Assembly: GCF_963921235.1 (NCBI RefSeq)
Contig: NC_086108.1
Span: 99,202,001-99,266,000, forward strand
From: Mobula hypostoma
Taxonomy: Eukaryota
Direction: 5' to 3'
Length of the DNA: 64,000 nucleotides
Shown: positions 12,437 through 24,589 of the stretch, piece after piece
Layout of the letters: every line of letters begins with the position of its first letter
Numbering within the stretch: the first letter of the stretch is position 1
The notes under the pieces: generated by a model
Told to the model about the DNA's origin: nothing
The model's input: only the letters and a program-made list of their open reading frames with translations
Database searches by the model: none
Translations under genes and position numbers: made by a program

Positions 12437-13231
12437 CACCTGCTCGATAATGCAAATATCGAACCAGCCAATCACGTTGCAGCAACTCAATGCAAAAAAA
12501 TCATGCAGACATGGTAAAGAGGTTCAGTAGTTGTTCACACCAAAGATTCATAGAACATCATTATCAGAGTATGGTTGTAGTGTACAACCCTGAGATTCAT
12601 CTTCCCACAGACAGCCCTGAAACAAAGAAACACCGTGGAACCCGTTCAAAGAAAACATCAAACACTCAACGTTAAAGAAAAGAACAAATCACGCAAATGG
12701 CATAAAATGAGCAAAAAATACAGAATATAAAACATCAAACTGCAGAGTCATCGAAACAGTTTAGGAATGTTCAGTTCAGTTTAGTGGTGTGCCGTTTGCT
12801 GACTTACCCCAATAAAAATCGCACAAAATAGCAATTAAAAAAAGGCGTAACCAGAAACCAGAAACACATATAAGGTGAACCGAAGAGTCCAATCCACAGA
12901 ACTACAGAGTTCAATCCACAACTGCAGAATCCAATCCACCAAACATCAGAATGGGGAAGAAATGTGGTCTAAGTGACGTTGACTGTGGAATGATTATTAG
13001 TGCCTGATGGAGTGGTTTGAGTATCTCAGAAACTGCAGATCACCTGGGATTTTCATACAAAACAGTCTTTAGAGTTTACAGAGAATGGTGTGAAAAATGA
13101 AAAACATCCAAAGTGTGGCTGCTCTGTGGTTGAAAATGCCTCATTAATGAGAGAGGTCAGAGGAGAACAGCTGGACTGGTTCAAGCTGACAGGAAAACTC
13201 AAGATGTACCTAATAAAGCAGCCATTGTGTT
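12437..13231 (+). mobile_element. Tc1-like family A copy with nested retroelement tail (12545-12936, TSD caccaaa)
   Basis: Same internal sequence as the other copies; right TIR at about 13208-13231; 7-bp direct repeat at 12538-12544 and 12937-12943. Confidence 0.8.
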
Positions 13232-13317
13232 TATAGCGGTTAATGTAATGTGGGAAGGAGTCTTAGGTGCTGATTAAGTACCTCAACTGAATGGAAAAAA
13301 GATATCCATTGATCCTT

Positions 13318-13655
13318 GGAGATGCAGGAGATGGCAGATGCTGGACTCTGTAGCAAGAAATGATCTCCTGGTGGAACTGGAGTGGGCCGAGCAGCATCTG
13401 TGGGAAGAAAGGAGTAGTGAAGTCGTTGTTTCACATTGAAACCCTGCATCGATTGACGATCCTCTGATTTGTTGGTGAGACTGCAGCTCTAAAGACTTAA
13501 AAAGATTGTCCAGCTTCTTTCCCCCTTCCTTTCCAGTCCTGATGAACAGACCCAGCCCAAAACGTTGACTGTTTATTCCTCTCCATTAATGCTGCCTGAG
13601 CTGCTGAGTTCGTCCAGCATTTTGTATGTTGCTAAGGATTCCAGAATCTCTTGTG
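13318..13655. mobile_element. Two oppositely oriented PLE-derived units
   Basis: Minus unit at about 13318-13455. Plus unit has a degenerate hammerhead cagtc-CTGATGA-acagacccagccc-AAAA-cgtt-gactg at 13534-13571. Confidence 0.7.
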
Positions 13656-13664
13656 GTTTAGACT

Positions 13665-14360
13665 TATGAGGATGCTGGCAGGACTGACAGGTCTGGGGAA
13701 GGTTTGACTTTATTCCTTGGAATTTAGGATTTTGAGGGATGCCTTTATAAAGGTGTCTAACAGCATCAGGGGTATAGATAGGGTGAATGCACACAGTCCT
13801 TTTCCCAGAGAACAGGAACTAAAAACTGTAGGGCATAAGTGTGGTAAAGCATATATATGTTGTAACTGAGTTAACTGTCTGGACACGCCCCTCTGCTGAC
13901 TGCCCCTGTGGCTCCTCCCACAGACCCCTGAATAAAGGTGATTTCGCCCTGCCCCTGCCCCTCAGTCCAGGGGCAGACGCTCAGCATGGAAGCCGTATTT
14001 TACTGCGAATAAAAGCCTTTCAGTATTTACCCTACTTCAATCTTTTGGAGTTATTGAAGGTACTTCAATAAACTAAAGGTGAAAGGTGAAAGATTTAAAA
14101 GGACTTGAGGGGCAACTTCTTCACACAGAGGGTGGTGCATATTTTGAACAAGCTGCCAAAGGATGTGACTGAGGTAGGTTCACTAACAATATTCAAAGAA
14201 CATTTGGATAAGTACATAGATTGGGAGGGGGGGGAGGGGGTGGGATTTAGAGGAATGTGGGCCAAACACAGGCAAATGATACTAACTTGGTGGGCAATAT
14301 GGTTGGCATGGATGAGATGCATCGAAGGGCCTGATTCCATGCAGTATTACTCTATGACTA
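13665..14360 (+). mobile_element. CR1 3' fragment hosting a solo LTR
   Basis: MRGNFFTQRVVHILNKLP; the sequence is colinear with CR1 on both sides of the LTR. Confidence 0.8.
13840..14067 (+). mobile_element. Solo LTR, 228 bp
   Basis: TG...CA termini, AATAAA signals, 5-bp TSD ataag/ataaa, and homology to 17233-17465. Confidence 0.8.
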
Positions 14361-16280
14361 ATTCCTCTCCACCACCACCACCCCCACCCCCACACACACA
14401 GGCCACTTGACCTGCTGAGTTCCTTCCTGACTCCTTTTGGCAAACTCCGTACTTTTTATAAACACAAGAGATCCTACAGATGCTGGAAATCCAGAGCAAT
14501 GCACAGGAAATGCTGAAGGAACTCAGCAGGTCAAGCAGCATCTATGGAGAGGAATAAACAGTTGGTGTCTATTAAGAGCATCAACGGTTACGAGAGAAGG
14601 CAGGAGAATGTGACTGAGAGGATAATGAATCAGCCATGAATAAATGCTAGAGCAGACTTGATGAACCGAATGGCCTAATTCTGTTCCTATGTCTTATGGT
14701 CTTATACACATCTCAGGCCGGGAACATTCTTCAGGACTGATGGTCTTGACCCAGAATGTCAACTGTTTATTCCTCTCAGTGCTTTTCCTTCATTTCAGAA
14801 AGAGGAGAAACCATTTCCTTTCCTGAAAGCTCTCACTTCCCTCTACGTTCCCCTTCATGGCTGTTTGCAAGTGGCTGAAATTTTCCAAAAACTCCATTTC
14901 ATGTTGATCTGATACACAAAGCTCGTTTTGAAGGAAACAAGACCCCGTTTGTTCTGCTTAGTGGCAGAGACGGAAATTGTTTCCCAAGTGCTGCAGAAAT
15001 TGGCAGGATTTTCTCATCCATAGAAGATCTGCATTGTGCTCTGTGGCATTGAAATAAAATTCCCTCGTGTCCTTTACAAAATCGTCTGTGGGGACGTATT
15101 TTTTATACAATGCCTTTCTTAGGTAAGAGTCTGGGCTACTAACGAATCATCAGACATCTAGATTAATCCTTCTATGGATACTGAGTGTTTTGTGGGGGGA
15201 GGTGGTGGAGGGGAGGGTAGAGAGAAGGGGAGTCTCCCTCCCATTTTATAAGCTGGAACCAAAATAATCCTTTTGTTTAGTTCATCCGGGAGGAAATGCC
15301 AGGGGCTGTGGATTTTCTTACTAACTACAATTCTTCAGACATCAGTCATCTGTCGACAGAGGCCTCAGGTGGACCAGAGAGCTGTTCTTAATGAGCCGTG
15401 TGCAGAACGTTGCTCGCTGCCTGGCATAACAACATCTGGATTCCCTGGCTGAAGTGTGATAGCACATTAGGTGGCCATTCATTCCAGTTGTTGCAATGAA
15501 CTTGCCATCTTTTGGACCTGGTAGGCCATGAATCCAATGGATACGGAAGAGGCCAAGGAATGTTGTTATAGAGTCAGAGAGTACCGGTGCTAGTCCAGCT
15601 GGCTAGCATGCACATGGTGGGCTGAACAGCCTGATTCTGTGTTGAGTGACTCTGATTCTAACACCAGTGTAGGATGTATCAGCCAACCAGCTTCACTGGA
15701 GATTTTTTAGCTCCATTGAGGAAAATATTATTAATTATTAACAACTTGTTTAGCTGATTTTAATTTTTGAATTGCCTCTAAGTGGATTTAATAAATATTT
15801 TAAAGTTTTTTTCTTAATTTTAATTTTTCAAATGTCCTACTTAATTTTTGTATTTCAAAGGAATTGATGGTTTTGATGAATGGTAATGTTCTGAGGGGAA
15901 AAAACTTGACATCAGTCCAGGTTTGAGGCTGGGGTGTGCCCTGCCCATGTGGCATTACTTTACGCAAGTCCTCCATGTTTCTCAGGGTCTCATTGCTTCA
16001 GTCCAGGACTGTTTGGTGACTAATATTCCTCTTCTGTACAGGCAGTGTATGATATCCATCTATCTTACCTGGGTGAGAGGGTGGTCGGTCCCATTCAGCA
16101 AAACCTTCCCCACCCCACCCACCGACATGCTCCCCCGCAACTAGCCTGTAGTTTCTCATTAAGCAATTTCACCAAATATAGGAAATGGTTGTCCATCACA
16201 TTGACCCATCTCAAGTGCACAAAGTCAAAAAGTCAAAGATTAGATTATATTTATTTATTAATCACGTGTACATTGAAACT

Positions 16281-16641
16281 GGGTGGCGGGGTGGAAATAC
16301 GTCTCCACCAAAGGTGGTGTAAAGCACTCCAGCCCTCTGCTAGCCTGCAGGTCATGCTTGGGCAAGGTGTAGCACCTATTTTGTCTCCCCGATCACGAGC
16401 AGGTGGTGGATGGTCGTATGACCAGCTGGTGCATATCGCAGGTCCTGGTTATGCAACCATTGACGTCAGGCAGACTATCTCTGAAGAGTATTGATAATGG
16501 CTGGGGTCGTCCGTCTTGTAAAGACACAAACCAGAAGGCGGCAATAGCAAACCACTTCTGTAGGAAAAATTTGACAAGATCAATCATGATGATGACCATG
16601 ATCGCCAACGCCATACGACATGGCACATAATGATGATGATG
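16281..16641 (+). mobile_element. RTE-related non-autonomous element with (tga)n tail
   Basis: Contains ggcaatagcaaaccacttctg (RTE 5'-UTR-like module), tail cataatgatgatgatg and diverged TSD cattgaaac/cgtcgaaac. A partial second copy lies at about 31885-32135. Confidence 0.6.
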
Positions 16642-17232
16642 CCGTCGAAACGTACAGTGAAATTCATCATTTGCGTAAACAACCGACACAATCTGAGGAT
16701 GTGCTGAGGGCAGCCTGCAGGTGTCCCCACACAAACTGGCGCCAACACAGCGTGCCCACGATGTTCAGCAGAGCAACACGCAGCCAACAGACAATAAGCA
16801 ACAACAGCAAAACAAGCGGCTTCAAAGTCGAGTTTATTGTTGTATGCACAAGCACAGCTGTAAGGAAAAACTTACTCATAGTGGCTTTAGAGGCACAGCA
16901 CTCACAAGATAAAAATAAATCTAATTTATATTGTAGGGTAATGTAATTGGTGGAAATGAACATAAGTCACAATCGCCGATATTGAATTGGGGTTTCACTG
17001 TAACAGGCTGGTCTGACTTTGTCTTCAGTTTTTTGCAGTTTAATAAATGAGTTGTACAGTTTTTTCTTAAACACAAAATGCCTTATGTCATTTTATTTGT
17101 AAAAACCTTCAATATAACATCATACAATTTGAAGAAAAAGATCTGTCGTCGTGCAAACTGGTCATAGTGTTGCCAGACTGCAGCGATTAGGGTTGTGCAG
17201 GTTTGATCAAGAACTGAGTGGTTAAAGGGAAG

Positions 17233-17465
17233 TGTGGTAAACCATATGTATATGTTGTAACTGGGTTACCTGTCTGGACACGGCCCTCTGCTGACTGCTC
17301 CAGTGGCTCCTCCCACAGAACCCTGAATAAAGGCGATTGCGCCATTGCTCCTCCTCTCTGTCCAGGGCAGATATTCAGCATGGTCAAGGTCACATTTTAC
17401 TGCTAATAAAAGCCTTTCAGTATTTACTCTACTTCCAGTCTTTTGGAGTTATTGATAGTGCATCA
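17233..17465 (+). mobile_element. Solo LTR, 233 bp, same family as 13840-14067
   Basis: TG...CA termini, 5-bp TSD ggaag/ggagg, and end-to-end homology with the first copy. Confidence 0.8.
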
Positions 17466-17477
17466 GGAGGTAGTTGC

Positions 17478-17768
17478 TTTGTTTGTTTATTTATTGAGAT
17501 AGCACACAGAACAGGCCCTTCTGGCCCTTTGAGCCATGTCACACAGTTATCCCCCAACTTAATCCTTGCCAAATCACGGGACAGTTTATAATGACTAATT
17601 ATCCTGCCTGCTGGTAGGTCTTTAGACTGTGGGAGGAAACTGGAGCACCCAGAGGAACCTCAAGCGGTCATGGTGAGAACATACAAACTCCTTATAGGCA
17701 GTGGTGGGAATTGAACTGGTCACTGGTTCTGTAAGTTGTTGTGCTAACCACTATGCTACTGTACTACC
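17478..17768 (-). mobile_element. HE1-like tRNA-derived V-SINE
   Basis: Minus strand shows a tRNA head (agtggttagc, gttcaattccc), V-domain ctctgggtgctccagtttcctcccacagtc and a CR1-type tail with (aaat)n. Confidence 0.8.
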
Positions 17769-18429
17769 AGTACCATACTGCTCTTGAACCCTGGTGGCTA
17801 TGAGACTTCCGTCTTCTGTATCTCCTGCCCGATGGCAGCTGTGAGAAGATGGCATAGCCTGGATGGTATGGGTCTTTAGATGATAGATGTTGTCTCTTTG
17901 AGGCAGTGCCTCACTAGTCAGGCTACTTTCAACGCTTTGTGGATGATGGCTGTTTTTGGCATCTACACTACAAGCCAGTACAGTTCAGGTTGTTCTGTTA
18001 ATATATGTGGCATGCTTCGTGTATCCCCAGCACCGAGGCCTGAGTTACACTCAGCTGCCTACCTTGGGCAGACCTTCTCATTTTCATGCCTTGATACCAG
18101 ATTTCGGATGCAAGCATTCTGTTCCAAGCTCTACCATGGGAAGTCAATACTGGGTGGACTAGGGAAAAGATTTAGTGATGCATTCAAACCTCTTTGAAGC
18201 AAAGTAACAAACCTGACTGACCCCTAGAGAGTGCTTCGGCCTATGACTGTTTTAAGTAGAGGAGAAGAACTTGGAATGGAAAATAGTGAGGCCATAGAGG
18301 TCCAGCATAAATAGAAGTGCATCCAACTGTTCCATCAGCCAGCATCTGCCCGATCAGTGGAAGTGTCTGAGGTTCCTGCACTGGTCTCATTAGCCATGAT
18401 GGCTTGATTTGGCAACTACTCTGGACAGG

Positions 18430-18930
18430 ACCGTGAGAATCTGCCGAGAATTGTGGACATGGCTCAGCACATCATGGGAACCAGCCTCCCCAATACTTCT
18501 CTCGGTCTCAGCAAAGCAGACACCATAATCAAAGACTGACCCACCTGCACATTCTCTCTTCTCTCCTCTCCCGTCAGGCAGAAGATCCAAAAGTCTGATA
18601 ATAACTACCACCAGGCTCAATGACCACTTTTATCCCACCGTTATCTGACTCTTGGATGGACCTTTTGTAACGATAAGATGGAATTCTGGCCTCATTATCT
18701 ACCTTGTTAAGGTCTTACACTTTATCATTTACCTGCACTTTTTATACTTTGTTCTTTAGCCTTAATCTAGCTCAATGCACCATGTAATGATTTGATCTAT
18801 ATGAACTGTATGCAAAACAGGCTTTTCATTGTAACTTAGTACATGACAATAACAAACCAATTCCAATTCCAGTACCAATACCAATACCCATATCAATACT
18901 CATATCAAGACTATTACTAATACCAATACA
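18430..18930 (+). mobile_element. Rex1/Babar-type 3' fragment ending in a degenerate (ccaata)n tail
   Basis: Similar to 680-1202 and 55350-55780; hexamer-like repeats at 18855-18930. Confidence 0.55.
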
Positions 18931-19819
18931 TCAGAACCCACAAAACCAGAGTGGATGTAACTCATCCACAATCATGAGGGATATAGTCAGTCCCTTGGGA
19001 TTGAGACATAGTCAGGTAGAAACAGAAAATGTCAGAAACACTCAGCAGGTCGACCGCATCTGTGGAAAGAGAAACAGATTCAGGTAGAAGACCCTTTGTT
19101 AGAACTTGGAAAGAGAGAAAACGATTTAGTTTTAAGATGAAGGGAGGGCTGAGGAGAGAGAGACAGTACGAAGGGAACATCTCTGATATGGTGAGATCAG
19201 GTTTGCAGTGGAGAAAAGTTATAGTGGTCATTAATTGAAGGGTTAATGGAGGAAGCTGGAAAGAGAGGGAAGTAGAGAAAGCTGTAAGACAAGGGTAGTC
19301 ACAGAGACCAAAATCAAACATAGTAATGTGAAAAGATGCTTGAAGTTATGCACCCGGAGAAACTGGAATCCATTGTGATTATTCATACCACAGAACATAA
19401 AATATTGCAGCACAGTACAGGGCCTTCAGCCCACGATGTTTAACCTACACCAAAATCAATCTGACCCTTCCTCCTACATAGCCCTCCATTTTACTTTCAT
19501 CCACGTAGCTATCTAAGAGTCTTCTGGATGTCCCTAATGCATCTGCCTCTTCCCCCATCCCTGGCAATGCACTCCACACACTTACCACTCCTTGTGTGAA
19601 AAAACTACTTCTGACCTTCCCTCCCCATATTTTCCTTCATTCACCTTAAAATTATGTCCCCTCGCATTAGCCATTTCCACCCTGAGAGAAAGATGTTTTC
19701 TGTCCACTCTATCAATCCCTCTTATTACCTTATATACCTCTATCAAGTCACCTCTCATCCTCCTCTGTTCCAGGAAAAGATTAATGGTTTGCAGTTGATA
19801 CTTATCAGGTGGAATTGTT

Positions 19820-20037
19820 TACAAGTGAGATTCTTCTTCAGTCCTTTATCTTTCCAGCCCATCTGGCTTCACCTATCTTTTAGCTATCCTCCTTCCCCTC
19901 CACCCACCTTTTTATCCTGGCATTTTACCTCTTTCTTTTCAGTCCTAATGAAGGGTCTTGGCCCGAAACATCAACTATTTATGAATTTCCATAGATACTG
20001 CCTGACCTGCTGAGTTCCTCCAGCATTTTGTGTGAGG
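19820..20037 (+). mobile_element. PLE-derived unit with hammerhead motif (19940-19977)
   Basis: cagtc-CTAATGA-agggtcttggccc-GAAA-catc-aacta followed by the conserved 3' module. Confidence 0.8.
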
Positions 20038-20070
20038 TTTCATTAGCTCCATAAAAACAAGATAAATTTC

Positions 20071-20989
20071 TCATAGGTGGGTTGGCAAGTTTGCAGACGA
20101 CACAAAGGTTGGTGGTGTTGTAGATAGTGTAGAGGATTGTCGAAGATTGCAGAGAGACATTGATAGGATGCAGAAGTGTGCTGAGAAGTGGCAGATGGAG
20201 TTCAACACGGAGAAGTGTGAGGTGGTACACTTTGGAAGGACAAACTCCAAGGCTGAGTACAAAGTAAATGGCAGGATACTTGGTAGTGTGGAGGAGCAGA
20301 GGGATCTGGGGATACATGTCCACAGGTCCCTGAAAGTTGCCTCATAGGTAGATTGGGTAGTTAAGAAAGCTTATGGGGTGTTAGCTTTCATAAGTCGAGG
20401 GATAGAGTTTAAGAGTCGCGATGTAATGATGCAGCTCCATAAAACTCTGGTTAGGCCACACTTGGAGTACTGTGTCCAGTTCTGGTCGCCTCACTATAGG
20501 AAGGATGTGGAAGCATTGGAAAGGGTAAAGAGGAGATTTACCAGGATGCTGTCTGGTTTAGAGAGTATGGATTATGATCAGAGATTAAGGGAGCTAGGGT
20601 TTTATTCTTTGGAGAGAAGGAGGATGAGAGGAGACATGATAGAGGTATACAAGATATTAAGAGGAATAGATAGAGTGGATAGCCAGCGCCTCTTCCCCAG
20701 GGCACCACTGCTCAATACAAGAGGACATGGCTTTAAGGTAAGGGGTGGGAAGTTCAAGGGGGATATTAGAGGAAGGTTTTTTACACAGAGATTTGTTGGT
20801 GCGTGGAATGTACTACCTGAGTCAATGGTGGAGGCAGATACACTAGTGAAATTTAAGAGACTACTAGACAGGTATTTGGAGGAATTTAAGGTGGGGGATT
20901 ATATGGGAGGCAGGATTTGAGGGTCGGCACAACATTGTGGGCCAAAGGGCCTGTACTGTGCTGTACTATTCTATGTTCTATGTTCTATG
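20071..20989 (+). mobile_element. Young 5'-truncated CR1 LINE (RT from KFADD to the 3' tail)
   Basis: KFADDTKVGG...LVRPHLEYCVQFWSPHYRKDVEALERV reads in one frame with a single stop (20345-20347); (gttctat)n tail. Confidence 0.95.
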
Positions 20990-21339
20990 AAACTTCTTTC
21001 AGGAGCTCAAGATCAGCACAGGCCCCTCCACTACCTATTCTCACCTCTCTCCCCTATGGCCTAAGTGGGAGGGTAAGGTTAGATTGATCTAAGAGTAGGT
21101 TAAAGGGTTGGCACAACATTGTGGTCTGAAGGGCCTGTACTATGCTGTAGTGTTCCAAGTTCTAATCTGTCAGAGGGTCACACGCAGCTTCCATCTGTAA
21201 ACAGTACTATATCTCACCCCTTCATACAGTGCGTCTATACCACAGAACTCCTGGTGCCTTTGCCCTAATGTGTGGTCTATACCCCCTACTATTTGATATC
21301 TATACCTTCGAATAACTGTCGCCTGTTTCCCAAGAATCA

Positions 21340-21650
21340 TAAACACAAAAGATTCTGTAGCTGCTGAAAATCTTGAGCGATGCACACAAAGTGCTGGAGG
21401 AACTCAGCAAGTCAGGCAGCATCTATGGAGGGGAATGAACAGACAACATTTCAGGTTGAGACCCTTCACCAGGACTGGAAAGGAAGGCTGGGGGTGAGAA
21501 GGGCAAAGACTGGAAAGGGAAAGGAGCTTCCTTCCCTTTCTTTTTCAGTCTTGTTGAAGAGTCTCAGGCCCAAAACATTGACTGTTTGTTCCCCTCCATG
21601 GACGCTGCCTGACCTGCTGAGTTCCTCCAGCACTTTGCGTGTGTGTGTGT
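21340..21650. mobile_element. Foldback (inverted pair) of PLE-derived hammerhead units
   Basis: About 21381-21480 is the reverse complement of about 21543-21645. Confidence 0.85.
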
Positions 21651-24069
21651 TTCCCAAAAATCGTGATGATTCTGTACCATGATTCCTGATGTCTGAACTC
21701 CGCTCCCCTTTCCAGGTTGCCCATGTCTCAAAATACAAGATGTTTTTACCCCTTCATTCTGATACTTGTGCCCGATAATTCATGATGACTCCACTCTTTC
21801 ATTCATGATTTCATGAAGTCTGCACCCAACATTCCTGATGTTCAAGCCCTGTCATTATGAATATTGGTACCCCATCATTCATGATATCCCTGCCCCTATT
21901 CTCATCTTTGTTCCAGAGACCCCTCAATTGTTGTATCATCCCTAGGTCATTTGCGATTGGCTGCTCCATTCCAGCAGCAGCAGCTACAAAACGTTTCATT
22001 GGTTGTCAATCGCTCCAGAGCGCATGATGTCATCGATTTTCCAAGGGCAACTAGGGGTGACCAATAAATGTAGCCTTGCCAAATCGCCAGAACAAAGAGG
22101 GGCAAGCATACTCAGAATCTCATTAAATTAAGAAAAGTATCATTTCTTAAAATCTGATACTTTAATGCATCACCAACTGATAGCAAAGCATCACCCTGGC
22201 TTATATTACTTTGCCAATAAAGACCTTGTATTGGGACTCTTGTGAATATTAACCCAGTAGAGCTTGAATTGTTGGCATGAAAATTGTCTCTGCTATGAGA
22301 ACAGGGACACTTAACCCATCTAATATCAGTGCCTGACACCCTCTGTAGCAGAAACCAAAGACATTTTGGCTGAGAGAAAGTTCGGGTAGAATAACAAGGT
22401 TTCATTCACCAGTACCTCTGGAAAGTCCACAGATGCGGAATGTCCATAACCCCGTTTATCTCTGCTTCTCGATCTTGATGGAGTACATTTCAACGTATCT
22501 ATCATCACAACAGTGGAAATGAATTGTCTGTCAACAACTGAACATCTCGCACTAAGAGACGTGCAATTGTGATACCACAAAATTAAAATGTAAAGCATTT
22601 GACTTCCTGGGTTAAAAAGAGATAATAAAATGCTATTTTTAGTGGTCTGTTGTTAATCAATCTACCTTTCATGATATTACAATATTTCCATAATCCTGAA
22701 TTACTATGTCCATACCACTTTTTACCCTCTTCTCCACTTTGAAATTAAATCCTCTTGATTAAAATTCTGGGACTGCAAATGCATGCTAATGAAAAATCTC
22801 GCTGACTCATTAGTAAATGAATAGCTTATTGGAAGTGCCGTGGCTTTATAAATAGGATAAAATTATGTTTTAATCCTGGCACTCAGATATTTTAAACTGA
22901 AGCACACCATGAAATGCTTAACCTAGCAACACTAAAACATTCTTTTTTTTTTCTCTATTAAAAATAGAGTTACTGGTAATTGGCCACTAACTATTGACGC
23001 AGATCAGTAAATCTGCAGATCTCTATTGCAGAGTTCTTTACGGGCTTCTCAAATAACTGACAAAGTAATTGCCGATGAACATAGATCAATGTATGTCATG
23101 GTTTTAATCCATTCATTTGAAAAATCAAGTTACAGCTACTCTACTTATCTGTTACTGGAAATACATTGTCCTAAATGAACTTAATACCTTTGCAGATGTA
23201 GCAGCAACTGCTCCCTATTATGGTGGTTGGGCAGTTCAAGCCTGTCTGGGATCCCATCCATAATTATTAATGAAACTTACAACATATTCAGATAACAACA
23301 TTGATTTTAGCTCTGCTACTCACTTATTATCTGCTGGGAAATGTACCCAGAGCCCCCTGATACTGCTATTGGACTTGTCATGAATATAGTTTGTAGTGTT
23401 AGGGCGTATTCTGGAGTTAGAATATATAGTAAATATTAACTTCAACAGCAATAAACCTTCAGGTTTGAATGTATCTTGTAGATTGAATTTAAAATGCAGC
23501 TCTGAACAATCGTCTTCCTGCAGCTGCAGATTGGGGCTGATTGCAAACCAGGAAACATCCATTTCCTTGATGCCTGCATATGCATGAATGCAGCTAGGGA
23601 CAGAGTCACAATACTGATTTAACATTTATTTTGGGTGTCTGAAGAAGGCTGTGTCTGAAAATTACATGTAATCCAAAGGAAGCATTGTAGATACATGGTA
23701 ACTATAGAATTATTCTGCAGTTACCTTTGATCTTTAGCATTTAAAATGTCAGGTAATATTGGGTCAGGCAGGCCTCTTCTTCCAAGAGTATCTCAGATAT
23801 ATCTGCTCCTTGCTTTTGCTGAATAAAGACTTCTATATCCACTAGCTTCAGTGTCTCTGCGGTGATGCTGTTAACAGTCACAACAGTAGTAACTTGTGGG
23901 AGTCATACATCTGCTTTCTATCTGCACGTTTATTATGTTTACGATGGTAGCTACCGATGTGGGTGGGGAGGGGGGTGTGGTAAAAGCACAGGGTATGTCC
24001 GGAGCAGTTTACAGCTGGAGACTGCCAGGTGTGATATCTTTTGTTGACCACCTAATTTCTCTTAACTCC

Positions 24070-24355
24070 ATTTATTTATTGATATACAGTGCAGAATAGG
24101 CCCCTGTGGCCCTTCAAGCTGCACAGCCCAGCAATCCCCGAATTTAATCCGTGCCTAATTATTGGACAATTTACAATGGGCAGTTAACCTACCAACTAGT
24201 AAGTCTTTGGACTGTGGGAGGAAAATGGAGCACCCGGAGGAAACCCGTGAGGTCAGGGGGAGAGCATGCAGACTCTTACAAGCAGCAGCGGGAATTGAAC
24301 CCGGGTCACTGGTACTGTAAAGCGTTGTGCTAACCACTACGCCACTACGCCACCC
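24070..24355 (-). mobile_element. HE1-like tRNA-derived V-SINE, near full length
   Basis: Minus strand: A box tggcgtagtgg, B box gggttcaattccc, V-domain gggtttcctccgggtgctcc, tail aataaataaa. Confidence 0.85.
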
Positions 24356-24589
24356 TTAAGTTCGCTTGAGTACTTTTAATATCACTGGCTTTAGTTTTAT
24401 CACTTCAAGATTGTTTGTTTTGGTAGCTATTAATAAAGGATTTTATACATTTCTTTGACTTTTTGAACATTATTATTGGATTGGATCAGAGGGCACATCA
24501 GACAGTATACAGTAACTCGCCGTGCTCGGTCTCCAGCAGTGGCATTAGTCTGTTTGAGTAGTTACTGTGCACCTGACTCTATTTCAGGC

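Noticed and set aside
16281..16395. HDV-like ribozyme at the 5' end of the RTE-related element
   Set aside because: A partial P1 (gggtggc/gtcatgc) and a P4-like hairpin exist, but I could not build P2/P3/L3 in the canonical order.
13840..17465. A single full-length LTR retrotransposon bounded by the two LTRs
   Set aside because: Each LTR has its own TSD and host element; there is no PBS, gag or pol between them.
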